Shown in pieces: positions 25,813 through 38,921 of a DNA stretch of 64,000 nucleotides (positions within the stretch are counted from its first letter, which is position 1; every line of letters begins with the position of its first letter). The DNA comes from Selaginella moellendorffii (lineage: Eukaryota; Plantae; Lycopodiophyta): positions 572,405 through 636,404 of the forward strand of contig NW_003314265.1 in NCBI RefSeq assembly GCF_000143415.4, written 5' to 3'. Made by a program: the position numbers and the translations under genes. The notes below the pieces were generated by a model, which was not told where the DNA came from, did not search any database, and saw nothing but the letters and a program-made list of their open reading frames with translations.

Positions 25813-26229
25813 AGAACATGCCCGAGGTTTGCAAAGGTTTGTTTGTTTTTCCTTCTGCCTGAGCACTTGATTACACAATGTGAGCTCATCATCTGGTCTG
25901 TTGTGGTCAGGAGGAGAGGATAAGAAAGAATTCCCTGTCCCACTCATTAGGGGCACAGGAAATGTGAAGCTTTGTTTTCGAATAAGGCCGGCTTCTAAAG
26001 TAAGTACCGTCTTTGTCTATTCACATGCAGGGGAGACCATTCACTCAACCAACACTGTTTTTGATACGTCCACCCGTGTGCCACCACCAGACGGTACAGG
26101 GAAAGCAACGTTTTACTGCTAGATCGATCTACTGCGAGAAAGAAAACAGAAAGCAAAGTAAAAGGACGCAGTTATAAGGACGAACATGATGAGCTTCCTT
26201 GTGTGGCCAGAGACTTGGTCTCGGAAGAC

Positions 26230-27529
26230 ATGTCTGCCGCAAGCTTCTTCGCAACACTGTCACTTATCGCCAGCCTTCTCTCCTCGCGGTCAAGAGCTTC
26301 TCAGCTCGTTCCCGCCCTTTACGTATTCGGAGACTCGTCGGTGGATGCTGGTAACAATGACTACATTGGAACGGTTGTGAGGGCCGACTTCCCTCCTTAT
26401 GGGAGAGACTTCGACTCCCACAAGGCGACCGGACGATTTTCCAATGGTCGCGTTTCGAGTGACTACCTGGGTATGAAAAGAAATTTTGATTGTTGTCGCT
26501 CCCAGCCACTAACTTCTGAGGTTTTTCCCTTGGTGCAGCTAGCCTGCTTGGTTTGCCACTTCCTCCGCCGTACTTGGATCCCTCGGCCAAGGGAAGCAAA
26601 ATCATCCAAGGTGTTAACTTTGCAACAGCTGGTTCTGGTCTGTACGAGAAGACGGCGGCACTGCTCGTAAGTCAACTTGAGAACTTGAGTTGGCAATCAT
26701 GCTCATTTTTTTCACTTTGTTGTGATAGAACATACCAAACCTGCCTAGGCAAATTTCGTGGTTCCGGACTTACAAGCAGAAGCTGGTACAACTTGTTGGC
26801 CAAAACAAAACAGCGTTTATCCTTTCCAAGGCGTTTATTGTTCTTAGTTCCGGAAGCAATGACTACATCAACAACTATTACTTCGATCCAGCGCTGCGGG
26901 TAAAGTATACCAAGGATGCATTTCGTCAAGTTCTCATATTTTCTGTCGAGAACTTTGTCAAGGTATGACCCTGAAACTTCTCTTTCTTCTCGTGTATGAG
27001 CCCCATGCTACTTTCCAGGAAATGTACCAACTGGGCGCTCGAAGAATATCGATTGCAGGCCTTATACCACTGGGATGCATCCCGTCACAAGTCACGCTCT
27101 ACGGGAAGGGCCAACTCAAGTGTTCCGAGTTTGAGAACCAGGACGCTCGTCTTCACAACCAAGCGTTAAAATCATCCGTACAACGTCTACGAGGAAGTAT
27201 GACTGACTTGAGAGTTGCTTACATTGACGTCTACACGATCTTCTCCAAAGTGATCCAGCAGCCTGAAAGTTATGGTGAGTGAGAGCAGCATTGGAATAGC
27301 TTCTAACGGAGACTACTTGTGTTGCTAAGCAGGTTTTGAGCACACTTTAACGTCTTGCTGTGGAGTTGGACGGCTTGCGGTGTCTCTTCTCTGTAACAAG
27401 CTCACTCCTGGTACCTGTCGTGATGCTTCCAAGTATGTTTTCTGGGACAGCTTCCATCCAAGTGATGCCATGAACAAAATCCTTGCAAAGGTTGCGCTGG
27501 ATCAAGCTAATGCACAGCTCTTCCATTGA
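26230..27529 (+). CDS. GDSL esterase/lipase, secreted, 5 exons
   Basis: Signal peptide, [40 protein letters not shown]. Confidence 0.93.
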
Positions 27530-27618
27530 AAGCTCTCTTCTCTGGTGGTGACACAGAGAGAAAAAGAAAATGGTAGACATATCCTTTATAAAATGTAAGC
27601 TCACATGTACTTCCAAGA

Positions 27619-30355
27619 TCAATGGAAATTGTCGGACAACACTCGAGCTGCATTTGTGATGGCTCTCGCTACTTTCCAGATCTCGTGTTGCAGCACACTG
27701 GAGGTGCTCTTGTCCATCTTGGCCAAGGCATTTGCCAGTGCCAGGCTGATACCTGGAAAAGACTGCGAGCCGTAGAGGTCACTTGTTGTTTGTCCATAAA
27801 TCTGTTCCAGCCAGCCGAATCACTAGACGGTTCAAAGCGTGATCTTGCAAGGACTTACCAAGTGCTTACTAGAAGGATCCTGTGCCAACCCCATTGGGTC
27901 TAAGAATGAGCGCTCAGCTAGCATAAGCCGGTCGTTTAAGGATCTGCGCTTTAGAGACGACTGTGTGCTTGTGCTCGTGCTTGTTGCAAGCATCTGGCAA
28001 AAACGCTGGTCATAGCATCACCCGGATTCTTAAAGCCTGTTCCTTACACTGGCTTCCGCATTGATTTGCCTAGCAGCTGACTGCAGCTCAGAAATCGCCC
28101 GGAGTAATGGTGTAACGTCGATATCTTCTGGCAGGAGGCCTTTCAAGGCCCTTACATCGGCCTAGAACTGCATTGGCTTAACTTCTCTTCGAATAATAGC
28201 TCGACTGCGTACCTCCAACACACTTGCGTAAGAGCTGTAGTCAAATGGAATAATATCGTCATTTATAAAATGTATTGAAAGCAGTCCCCATATCGCAGAC
28301 ACTGCCAGAATTACACTAGATGTGGTCACTCTCGAGAGATAAGGAACGGACTTACCTGCAACGTGACGCTGAAACAGAGGATCGCCAAAACCTTTCATCC
28401 AATTGTAATCATCGTATAACGAGTGATACACAGGAAAACCTGCAAACAACCTAAGCCAAAAAATTTACGAATTGCACACCTTACTTGTCTGATATCTCAA
28501 GTCGTAAGAAGGAATACCGGCACGGTGAAGAAAAGAGGAAAAATCAGACCTACTGCCTCCAAGCCTGCCAATCTGTTCAGACATGGAAAAGCATTTGCAT
28601 CGCTTACGAAACATTTGCTATGCTTACCACAGGTGTAGCATTTCTGTTCAAAGCACACCACGAATCATACACGCTCTTGAACACTGAATTGGGATCTTTA
28701 ACCTGAAGAAAACACGAGAAAAGTAAAAATTAGCATCGATCTGTCGACCAGACCTTCTTAGTGACTTGCATGAGTAGATTATCGAGCTGAGGTGTTCCAC
28801 AACCATCAAAGTTTGGACCACCCACGGATCTATCTACATTGATGTAAGCGATTGCTCTAGCAGTGAGCATGTCCAGATTCTGCTCAACCCACTCCGTTGA
28901 TCCGATCTGTCAACCAAGAGGCCACTTTCAGCACAAGAAGATCAAGGGCGAACAAGTTACGAACCAAGCCGTATTCTTCCGCGTCCCAGCTACAAAACAC
29001 GATTGTTCGTTTCGGCTGCCAACCTTGCTTGAGAAACTTTCCAAACCCTCGTGCAATCTAAGAGTGTCCAGAGCGTAAAGTGAATTAAAGTAGAAGAACG
29101 TCAAAGTTACCTCAAGTAGGCAAGCAGTCCCACTACTCGGATCTGCTCCTCCAAACGTCCATGCATCTCGATGGTTTCCAACCAGTAGGTACCTGGTAAA
29201 AGCTCCACACAAGCAATGTCAAAAAGAACGTTCCAAGCTGAGTAAACCTGTCTGGTTCTTCGGAGCCTTTGATCATCCCGATCACATTTCTAATCGGCGT
29301 CACTGTGAGATTTCCCTGCACACACCTCGGCTTTCTTGTTTGCGCTCTTTCTTTTTACTTTAACAGCCTACTTCATAGCTGAAGTTGAGTTTTGCCGGAC
29401 CCCGACCAAGCCGGTACTCTGGCAGCCGCAAACCACCTTGCCAGTCCGGTGGAGCAACTTCTCCACCCAAAGCCGCGAGAATTGGCAAAGCATCCTGTGC
29501 GGAGATCGGCAGTGCTAGAATTTTTGGAAGCTTCGTCTCGGACAAGTCCACCCTCTCGGCATTCGGAGTGCTCGGCCATCCAGGAGTAAGAATATCCCCG
29601 GAGGTTAGAAGCACCGATCCTCGCTGAACACCACTGGGTGGCAACCACTGCGAAGATGGATAAAACCCCTCGGTTCCATTCTTTGCGTAGTCGAAAGGAT
29701 CCGAGAACACCAGCGCAGCCACTGCCCCTGCTGCTGCCGCATTCGCGACGATATCCCCTCGAAAGATCTTTCCAATCCTCGCAAGGACCACCGCACCACG
29801 GACATCCACCCCTCGTTGCCTGAGAGTTTCGAAGTCCTGCGCACGGCCATAGTTTGCATAGACGGCCTCTCCACACACTGTCCCAGATGGAACATAGGGG
29901 AAAAACGTTGGAATCACGTCTGGATTGCTCGTGCTAGGATCGCCCTCCACGGCCTCCTCTTTCAGGCCCAGCGATAGCGTCGACCCGTTCGGGAGGAGCA
30001 GCGACAGCGATCGCTGGAGTGGATACGAGAGTAGCACCTCGAAATCCGCGTAGTGCGTTTGAATCCCTGCCGCCTGGAAACTCTCATAGACAAACCTCGC
30101 GGTGTGGAAATTCTGGGGCGTCCCGGCGACATGGGGCTCCCGCGTGAGCTCCAGGAGGAAGCCGCTGATGGAATCGTTGGAGAGGCCGGCCACAAAATCC
30201 TCCTCGAGCCGCTGGATGCTCCACCGCGAGGAGTCGAGGCGGCGGAATTGGATGCTGAGGGCAGAGGAGGCGATCAAGAGCACGGCCGCGAAGAGAATCC
30301 AGGAATGCGCCCTGGACAGCGCCTCCTCCACCGCCAAAGCCCTCCACTTCTCCAT
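27619..30355 (-). CDS. AMP1: Glutamate carboxypeptidase II-like (AMP1/LAMP1), multi-exon
   Basis: N-terminal [11 protein letters not shown] domain ([21 protein letters not shown]), [50 protein letters not shown]1 versus LAMP1 not resolved. Confidence 0.88.
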
Positions 30356-30479
30356 TTTGGTAAACCCCAAGTTCCAGGAAATTTTAAAGGTTAAGGCAAC
30401 AAATATTTAAATTGTTACCTTTTAACGTTCAATAGAGTACTTTATTATTTTTCTTATAATGATTTCTCTAATTTAGATG

Positions 30480-30612
30480 CGTGAGGTCTAAGTGATGCCG
30501 TATACTAATATTAGCGTAATGAGATTTTGATAACGTTTCAATCCAGACTATTTACTCTTGTATATAAACTAGAGTTTTGGGCTTATATCTATATTTCATT
30601 TTCATATTTCAT
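30480..30612 (+). mobile_element. Decayed family B LTR fragment
   Basis: GTGAGGTCTAAGTG..TATACTAATATTAGCG..TTTCAATCCAGAC..TATATAAACTAG aligns with the family B LTR, with deletions. Confidence 0.7.
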
Positions 30613-33470
30613 ATATTGACAGATGAAAAAACTTTAAAAGTGTTAACAATTACAATTTACATTTGATCTTTTTACTCAGTTTGGTATTTATATATGTTCT
30701 TAATGCTATTATGGGTATATTGTCTCTATTTTTTAATTATTTATAGTATTGTTACTGAAAAAATTAATAGCACTTTATAGTCCTATTGATGATATGTTTG
30801 CAAGATATGATTATTAAATAAAATTATATATTTTTTAATGTTCCATTCTCAATAATAGAAATAAATTGATAGAAATATAACATAAATTATATAAAGATTA
30901 AGAGTATATCCATCCCCCATATGTAAGATTACTAATTTTGTAATAATAATTAATAAAAATATAAGGGTACTTAGTTTTGGAACAAAAAAGCTACAATGAT
31001 TAATAAAATTTTGGATTTTGATATACGTTAGACAATTTCTTTCAAAAGAACTATGCTATAGATTAAATATAATTAAAACTAATTTTCAGTCTACATTTTT
31101 ATACTTCCATTATAGAGTAAAATTTAACTTAGTCATTTTTATTATCAAAATTAAGCTATGCATTTTATGAGTAAAGAATTTTTTTCTTTACATATTTAGA
31201 TTATAGTTTCTTTACTTTTTGATAATATATTATAGGGAGAATAATTAGCCACTAGACTGAAATGAGATATATAAATATATTTTATATTTTATTATATTTT
31301 AATTATTACTTAATAAGTTGTATTAATAAAATGATTACATCTTCTATTTACATAATTATATATTATTATTAATAAAAATATTTTTATATTTTACTTTTTT
31401 AAAATAGTATGTTAGGAGACTGAATAGTTAACATATGCTTACAAACATTTTTAGAGAATAGAAATGTATATGTAGAAATTTCACTTACAGATTTTTTTGG
31501 AGATAAAGTTCTTACACCTTTTGATTTTTATAACATCAAGTTGTACTAATTTTTTAAAATTAAATTAGTAACTGTTATATGTTCATGTCCTTATATTGAA
31601 CTTGAAGGATTATTTAAATAATATTTTTTTATATTGTTTTAAAATACATTAAAAGTACTATTACTAAAGATGAGATTGATTATTTTAATTTTAATTTTTC
31701 TTTTACTATGTTATATTTGTACAAAAAATTATCACCAATAAACATGATATTGGTTTCTCTAATAACTAAGAAATTGTAATTAAGGACAAACTTTTATTAA
31801 TAATCAAGGATTATATAATGTATTTATTTATTTTTAAAGATATGACTTTTTATAGATTAATTACACAAATTATATAAAATTGTCAATGTATACTAATATT
31901 AATGGTGATACACTAATATTAACTATCAAATTGATTTCAATCACTCACTTTTATATATAATTTAGGGTTTTTGAGATAATTAATATGGACATTTTTGTAT
32001 TCCCTTTCCATATATTATGTTTTATAAAAAGAAAAAAAAAGATTTGTGACTTCTTTTTAATAAATTTTTTTTAATAATCAAAATTTAAACTCTATAAACT
32101 ATGAGGTCTAAGTGTACAACTATGATGCTATATACTAATATTAGTATAGTGGGATTTTAGTAACTGTCGAATTGATTTCAATCTAGACCACTCACTTCTG
32201 TATATAAACTAGGGTTTTTGGGTTAATTGATATGTAGATTTTCTATATTCTCTTTCCATATTCTATACACTTATATTGGTGGAAATGAGGAGTAGTTTTG
32301 ATTGTGCTTAAGGAGTGTTTGGATTTTGGATTTTAGTTTAGATTTAGGTTTTGCATTGTCTAAATCTAGCTTTTTCTATTTCCTTTCTTTTGTTCTTTCC
32401 TTTTAAGATTTTGTTTTCCCTTTCCTCCTAACTTATTTCATTTTTCTTCTTTTGCTCTTTCCTTTTTATTCATCTTTATGGTAGATTAACAATTTCCTCC
32501 TCCTTTGACTCTGGAGCAACAGTTGGTACAATTGTTTGATGCTATGTGATTGCAATTGAACAACTAAACTTAATTGATAGTGGCATTCAAGGCAAGTGGT
32601 ACAACTCCTCTTGCTCTTGGTGCCCATCCTTGTGTTCAGGCAGAGTTCTTTTGCGGGAATTTTGGGGATGATATGTATTATTGGTTCGATCACTTCATGG
32701 TAATTGCCACATATCATTCTTGGGATGATGTTCGACGTTTGCATGAGTTTCCCACGTGACTCCAAAGGATAGCTATAAGCAACTAAATTTTTCATTCTAC
32801 TTTAGTCACTTAACCACACCTCCGACCACTTGGAGGAGTCTCACTCACAACCTCCGTAAATCTTATTTTGGAATTAGGGACTTGCTAGCCCCAAGAATGG
32901 CATCCATGCCACTCAACCATTGCACTTGGTCCAAGTGCTCCATGTGTCCAATCCCATAACTGACACCAACATATCAGCCCGTTACACTAAGGCCATACCC
33001 ATTCACCTTGGTCACACCGGTGGTCTGACACCACTTACATCACAATCCTGTCTTTCAAAAACTGGGCCATCCATCCATGAGTGATCATCCCAAATCCACT
33101 CCTTAGCATCCTTAGGATGCTCGTAGACATGGGGAATAGCCTTCCCCAATATCCTTTTTCCGGTCCCCACCAAGTCCCTTTCTACCCATGGTTGTATTCG
33201 CTAACACTGCCACTGGATCGGGGCCCACAGGCCTGATGTGAGACACAAAATCCCTAGGCCCCAAAGTGGAGCCGGAAAGGGTGCCACGTGGTAGTGGCTG
33301 AAGCGAGAGCCAAACGAGCGTAACACGTTTGGACCAAAAGCTCCGACTTGAAAAGTCAAGAGCGGGAGTGGAACTCCCAACGAAGTGTTCGAGGAACGAG
33401 CACGAAGCGAGCAAAAAGCGAGGCTCCAAAAAGGGACCCAAAAGGACCAACACATGACACGTGGAAGTGT

Positions 33471-33723
33471 CCGAGATGGACTCGAGTTGGAGTCCGAAGT
33501 GGAGTCCGAGATGGACTCGAGTTGGAGTCCGAGGTGGACCCGAGATGGACCCGAGATGGAGTCCGAGATGGAGTCCGAGGTGAACCCGAGATGGACCCGA
33601 AATGGAGTCCGAGATGGAGTCCGAGATGGACCCGAGATGGAGTCCGAGATGGACCCGAAATGGAGTCCGAGATGGACCCGAGATGGAGTCCGAGATGGAG
33701 TCTGAAGTCGAGACCGAGACCGG

Positions 33724-33767
<44 letters not shown>

Positions 33768-33873
33768 TCGGGACCGAGAACGAGACCGAGGCCGAGGCCG
33801 AGACAGAGCCCGAGCCCGAGTCCGAGTCCGAGTCCGAGTCCGAGTCCGAGTCCGAGTCCGAGTCTGAGTCTGA
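33471..33873 (+). repeat. LTR-internal minisatellite: 11-12 bp CCGAGATGGA(GT/C) units followed by 6-bp CCGAG(A/T) units
   Basis: Directly visible. Also at 39260-39409, 45159-45508, inverted at ~47050-47205 and decayed at ~63550-63730. Confidence 0.9.
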
Positions 33874-34872
33874 GAGGGTGAAAGCCCAAAGCGTTCGTCT
33901 CCCAGACCCTGGGGGGTTTGGTGAGCTCCAAAAGTATAGTAGGGGGAGGACTGCAGTGGAGCCAGTTTGGCCAGGAAAGGCCAGTTTGGCCCAGGAAGGC
34001 CGGACCCAGTGTTGGGTGATGAGCTGCCCACTGGGAAGTCCAAGACTAGAGTGAACACAGACCGACAAGCGGGGTAGCTTGGTGAAGTGTTCAAGAGCCG
34101 GCTCTAGTTCCCCCGGGAGATCGACTGGCCGATGCTCCCAGTCCAAGTGTGGGTGGCACTACCTACTTGGATACCAGGCGTGGCTCAACGGAACCTCGCT
34201 CTAAGCCCATGGCTAGAGCACCTAAAGGCGAAAGGTGGGGAGAGTACCCAGGTAGCTCGCGTAAGGCCACGGTGTTCCGAAATGGTGTCCCAAAGTCCCA
34301 GACTGTGGAAAGGAAGAGGGGTAGCCCTCTGGTGGGGTGACCAAGGACACAGTCACACAGTGAGGAAGTCCTCGAGGATAGTGGGACTTAGTGGTAGGGC
34401 CGGTGGGCCTTGATCCAGTGGCAGTGTTGGCGAACACAGCCAAGGACAGAAAGGGACTTGGTGGGGACCGGAACCGAGATATTGGGGAAGGCTATTCCCC
34501 ATGTCTGTAGGCATCCTAAGGATGTTAAGGAGTGGATCTGGGATGATCCCTCATGGACGGATGACCCAGTCTTTGAGAGACGGGATTGGAATGCAGGTGG
34601 TGTTGGACCACCAGTGTGACCAAGGTAATTGGGCATGGCCTTAGCGTAACGGGCCGATATGTTGGTGGTACCTTGGGGTGTCGATCATGGGATCGGACAC
34701 GTGGAGCACTTGGACCAAGTGCTAAGGTTGAGTGGCATGGATGCCATTCTCGGGGCTAGCAAGCCCCAAGTCCTAAGTTGGACTTATGGAGGTTGTGAAT
34801 GAGACTCCTCCAAGTGGTCAGAGGTGTGGTTAAGTGACTAAAGTAGAATGGAAAAATTAGTCGCTTACAATT

Positions 34873-34884
34873 TGGTATCGGAGC
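34873..34884 (+). other. Primer binding site, tRNA-iMet type (TGGTATCGGAGC); second copy 40772-40783
   Basis: 3 nt after the LTR end; one change from canonical TGGTATCAGAGC. Confidence 0.85.
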
Positions 34885-37355
34885 TGTTCCTTAGTCCGAC
34901 TTTTATTGGTGCTCAAGTATATCACCACTAGTGTTGGCATCAGAAGGTCCGAGGAGTGGGCCTATCCTTGAGGAGTAGCAAGTCGGGAAGACATGGCTCT
35001 CCATTACGGTTCATGTGTGAACTTGTAGACGAGGTGGTGGATAGAAAAGGGCCAATAATGGAACGACTTTGGGATCTTGGGAACAGTGCAAGGTTTTCCT
35101 CATTGAGTTGAGGATGTGATCCGGATGAGCATTTGTCTCAGCAAATTGGCTAAGGTTGTTGTGGTAAACAACTAAAGTTGGGATCACGGGAAAAATAGAG
35201 ACTCCAAAACAATAAAGGAGTCACAAGATTATCCTCATATAGTTGAGGTTGGTGCTCATGAATGTGAGACCAGAGGTAATGACCGTGGGAGGTCAAATAC
35301 GGAAGAGGACTCAAGTCCTTGAAATGGTAGCCGGGGCTACCTTTAATAAATGCTGGAACAACCCAAGGAGTTGGGGGGTGTATTTAGAGATGAGTGGTAT
35401 TCTCATCGCATGGACAAGTAGTCTTAAGGGGCAAAAGTTGCCCCCAGAGAACAAAATCAAGTGTCGGAGTAACACTTGTGAAAATAGTCCTTTTGAGTAG
35501 GACAGGAATGCCAGAAGTGTATTCCAGTGAGCTAGTGCCTCACAAGTAGGACCTTAAGGGTCTGTGGATTAACCAAGTCCAAAACTGCTGATGACTCAAG
35601 TAGAGTCAAGGGATGGCCCTAAAATGACTGATGGAAGCATTTGGACTGAGGTGTGTTGTACCCCACAAAGGATGGGGGGGGGATCATAGGATCCAAGGAT
35701 GAGAACAGAGGGTATCTCATCGATGGCAAAATGTGCCATGCTAAAGTTATGGGAAAGGTGTTCTCAGAAGAAAACAACTTTGACACAAAGTTGTGTGTGA
35801 TCTCTATAGTGCAGTGCTAACGGATGGTTGGCATGAGAAAGAGCGGTGTTTGTCTTGGCAAAGACATAAACACGAAGGGGAAGTGTCATAGAGGTAGGCT
35901 TGTGGAGCCGATGGTGTGGAGACACCAAATGTGCCAAGGTGTGATACCTTGAGGCTATGTTGGTGGGTTCATGAGAACCCCTTGCCAAAGGAATCCCAAT
36001 GGAAATGGGAATGGCATAACCTAAGCTGCAGAGCATGCAGTTGGAGTGTGGTGACCCAGATAATGATGGAGGTGTGAAAGCACCAAACAATGAGTTGTAG
36101 GACTTGACAACTATGAGGCAACTAAGCAAGAGGTGCAAAATAACTAGTTGAACGGGTAGAAGGTAGCTACCTAAGACTTCTTAATAGCATAGGGAAGTCG
36201 GATACACCCTTACGGGGGATAAGTTGCTTGTGTTGCGATATAGTAAGTCAATGTCATAAAAGGAAATACTCATTGTCAAGAAAGCCATCATTGGGACACT
36301 CGAACACTCTAGAACACCAGAAGGTGGTGTTTGATGTCGCGAGGGCAATGGATAAAGCCCAAGGGGCTAAGTCCCTAGCGAATGATGGATAGAAGGTGCT
36401 ATCCAAATGTCCAAGGTTGCGGAGACAGGAGAGGACTGTCTACCCGAGTTGGACAAAGCCAAGAATGGAATTTTGGCAAGGCTAGTGATGGGCATGTAAA
36501 GGCCCATAAGCAACAATGTAATCCCAGTGTGTGGGATTATAAGGTGAGCATACCCGGATTGAGGAACCACTCCTTGGGCTATTGGGTAGGTTCATCCCTA
36601 AGAATACTTGCTAAGGCATGATAGAAAGTGCAAAAGCTATCCTCCTGGTCTGGAGGAGAATAACCAAAGGAAACATATGGGGCCAAAAGGCAAGTAGTAT
36701 TGGGATGGAACTGAACCATAGAAATCGAAGGGCATAACCAAGGTTGGTTATGCCAGCTGGGAGTGGAGAATCAAGTGGGGGCTCGAGGGTGTTGCCGCTA
36801 GCAACCGTGATGCCATGGAGAGTCTAAAATATGGAATTGTCCATGTTAGACTATGTGGCATTTGGAAGGCTTGCAAAAAGGGAGGCCTTAGCAAGCTGAG
36901 GGACAGAGTTCCTTCAAGGTTCCCAAAGACGATTCTAGGTAGCTTAGTACCTAGAAAGGCCAAGTGTAAATGGTTCATGGAACGCGCGAAATCAGAGTGG
37001 CGCAGCAGAAGCGTGGTCTTGAAGCTTGCCATGAGGCAAGGCTATCAAGGTTAGGGAAGTAGTTCCCGAGTGTTCAAAGAGAGGGCTTTGAACGAAAGTC
37101 GATGGTCAAGGACTTTCACGCTTATGCAGGAACCATGTTACAATGGTCGGAGGACTTGCCAAGTGAGATTGGCACGTCGGGGGAACAAAGACCCTAGTTG
37201 AAGGTGATAACTTCAAAAAGGGTGGGCCATGGGGCCGAGCATGGAGGAGTCCATGCATGATCACAGACATGTCAAGTGAGAGGACTTGGCAGTGTGGAGG
37301 AACTAGGTTCCTAAGCTGTGATCTGTAGCGCGCTTTAAAAATAGGTTGGTGCACC

Positions 37356-37760
37356 GGCGTGGGGAGTCACGCCAGGCATCTTGTGTGATGCCGTCCGTAG
37401 ATGCATATACGGAGGTTGGGTTCGAGTCCTGACCCTCTAGTGCTTGGGTTCGAGTCCCAAATCACTAGGGCGTGGTGATGGTTTGGAATATGAGGACACT
37501 CATATTTCGGTGGTCATGGACTCTCAGTGGAGAGACTGGTTTGGGCACACCGCCAAGCGAGGGATGCCTCGGAGTCGTGATGCACGGTTAGATTGCTTAG
37601 TGTGAAAGCTCGGCATATCTAACTTGAACGCTTTGGTGCGAGTGGCACCAAGGACGTGGTGAGTGAGATGGGGACACCTAATCTCAGTTGCTATGGACCC
37701 TTGGCCGGAAGGGCTGGCTTGGGCGCACCGCCAAGTGTGGGGGATGCCCCCGGGGTCGTA
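37356..37760 (+). other. Candidate structured-RNA cassette in the family A internal region (second copy 43255-43659)
   Basis: Five abutting hairpins, two with TTCGAGT loops, then two diverged ~110-nt repeats with compensatory stem changes. Confidence 0.6.
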
Positions 37761-38786
37761 GTTAACAAATTAAAGGTCTGGAAGACCTAGTACCTATTGG
37801 CAAACCTGTTAAGGTGCCGAGGTGAGATCACTAGGTGATCTTGTGGCTAAATAAGGACAAGGTCCTTGTTTGGGTTAAGGAATAAGGTTCCTAGTTCAAA
37901 GTGTTGATTTGAACTATTGATGATGGTGTGGCTTGGTCAAGGTGACCAAGTGGGAAAAGCACCTTAGGGAAATGAGCTATGTCATTGCGATGGCATAGTG
38001 TGTCCAAGGAAAGTAGTCTCTAAAGAGACCCATGGGAGGGTCACAAAGTTGGGCCGTGGATAGAGCCCACAGCAGAAGATGCTAAAGAGACTTACTAGGG
38101 GCGAACACCCTAGTCTTGGCAAAGCAGAGCCTTTGCTATGGAATCACAAGAATACCTCAAGGAGGGAGGTAGAGATTCGATGTTGCTTGGTGCAACAATC
38201 AACGGATAGGAGCAAAAGATGAGTGGCCAAGATAGGGCCGTGGAATCCCTTGGAAGGAATCCAAGTGACAAAGTTATGCGGGGAACACTAATGTGTTGGA
38301 CGCTAACAAATTCCGGAAAAGGAAGTGTGTTTCCAAGGATGAATTCCGAATTGCTCTGATTTGGCGAAAGTGGAAGCTCCAAGGGAGGGAGCGGTAAGGT
38401 AGCCAAATGATAGGGCCATGGACAGCCCTAGCACAAAGTATGATAAATGGAACTTAGTGCCCAAGGTGGCATGAAATAGAAGAGAGGATGATGGTGCCCT
38501 CAAGTAATGAGCTTCCTAGGATGGGGAAGTGGAGTTGCACAATCTGTGCAATGCAAGGTGTTGGAGACACCTAGGAAATTGACTTCCAAAAGTCAAAAGA
38601 GTAAAAGTTCCAAGGTGCAAATCAATAGATGGAAATTGAGACTACTCGAGAAGGAGTAGCGGGATTGACTTAGAGAAGGGTCTCTAAGAAGTTTAGCGAG
38701 AACTAAACCAATAAAAAGAGAGAACCACTATATGTGGTCCAATCAGTCTCTAAGTTGGAGAGACTACCCTCCTTAGAGGATAGGCA

Positions 38787-38921
38787 AGGCATGGTGAGCC
38801 TTTGGTGTCAAACCATTGAGGCATATGCAAAAGGCATGGTGAGCCTTCAATGTCAAACCATTGACGAATATGGAGAAGGCATGGTGAGCCTTCAATGTCA
38901 AACCATTGACAAATATTGGCT
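38787..38921 (+). repeat. 3 x 45-bp tandem repeat near the 3' end of the internal region (second copy 44686-44820)
   Basis: AGGCATGGTGAGCCTT..TGTCAAACCATTGA units start at 38787, 38832 and 38877. Confidence 0.9.

Noticed and set aside
3531-27529. Defence gene cluster (GRAS, MLO, RLCK, FMO1, GDSL, lectin)
   Set aside because: Interspersed with FANCM, RCA-like and Cmc1 genes; these are large common families with no shared regulatory signal seen.
33112-34146. Long Ser/Asp/Arg/Glu-repeat ORFs (also 44857-45780 and the X-filled ORFs at 39.1-40.5 kb)
   Set aside because: By-products of the stop-free LTR minisatellite and N gaps; open in many frames on both strands.
35588-35612. CTGATGA as a hammerhead ribozyme core (retrozyme idea)
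   Set aside because: No GAAA after the stem and no stem I/III with a cleavage triplet.
35243-36621. Residual gag coding in the family A internal region (NPRSW..., SVWDY)
   Set aside because: Only faint motif-like words in short ORFs; cannot be supported without a profile search.
37356-37445. Bona fide tRNA gene
   Set aside because: A T-arm is present but there is no convincing acceptor stem, D-loop consensus or 7-nt anticodon loop.
38787-38921. CRISPR-like repeat-spacer array
   Set aside because: Eukaryotic LTR context, three units with similar variable parts, no cas genes; an ordinary tandem repeat.
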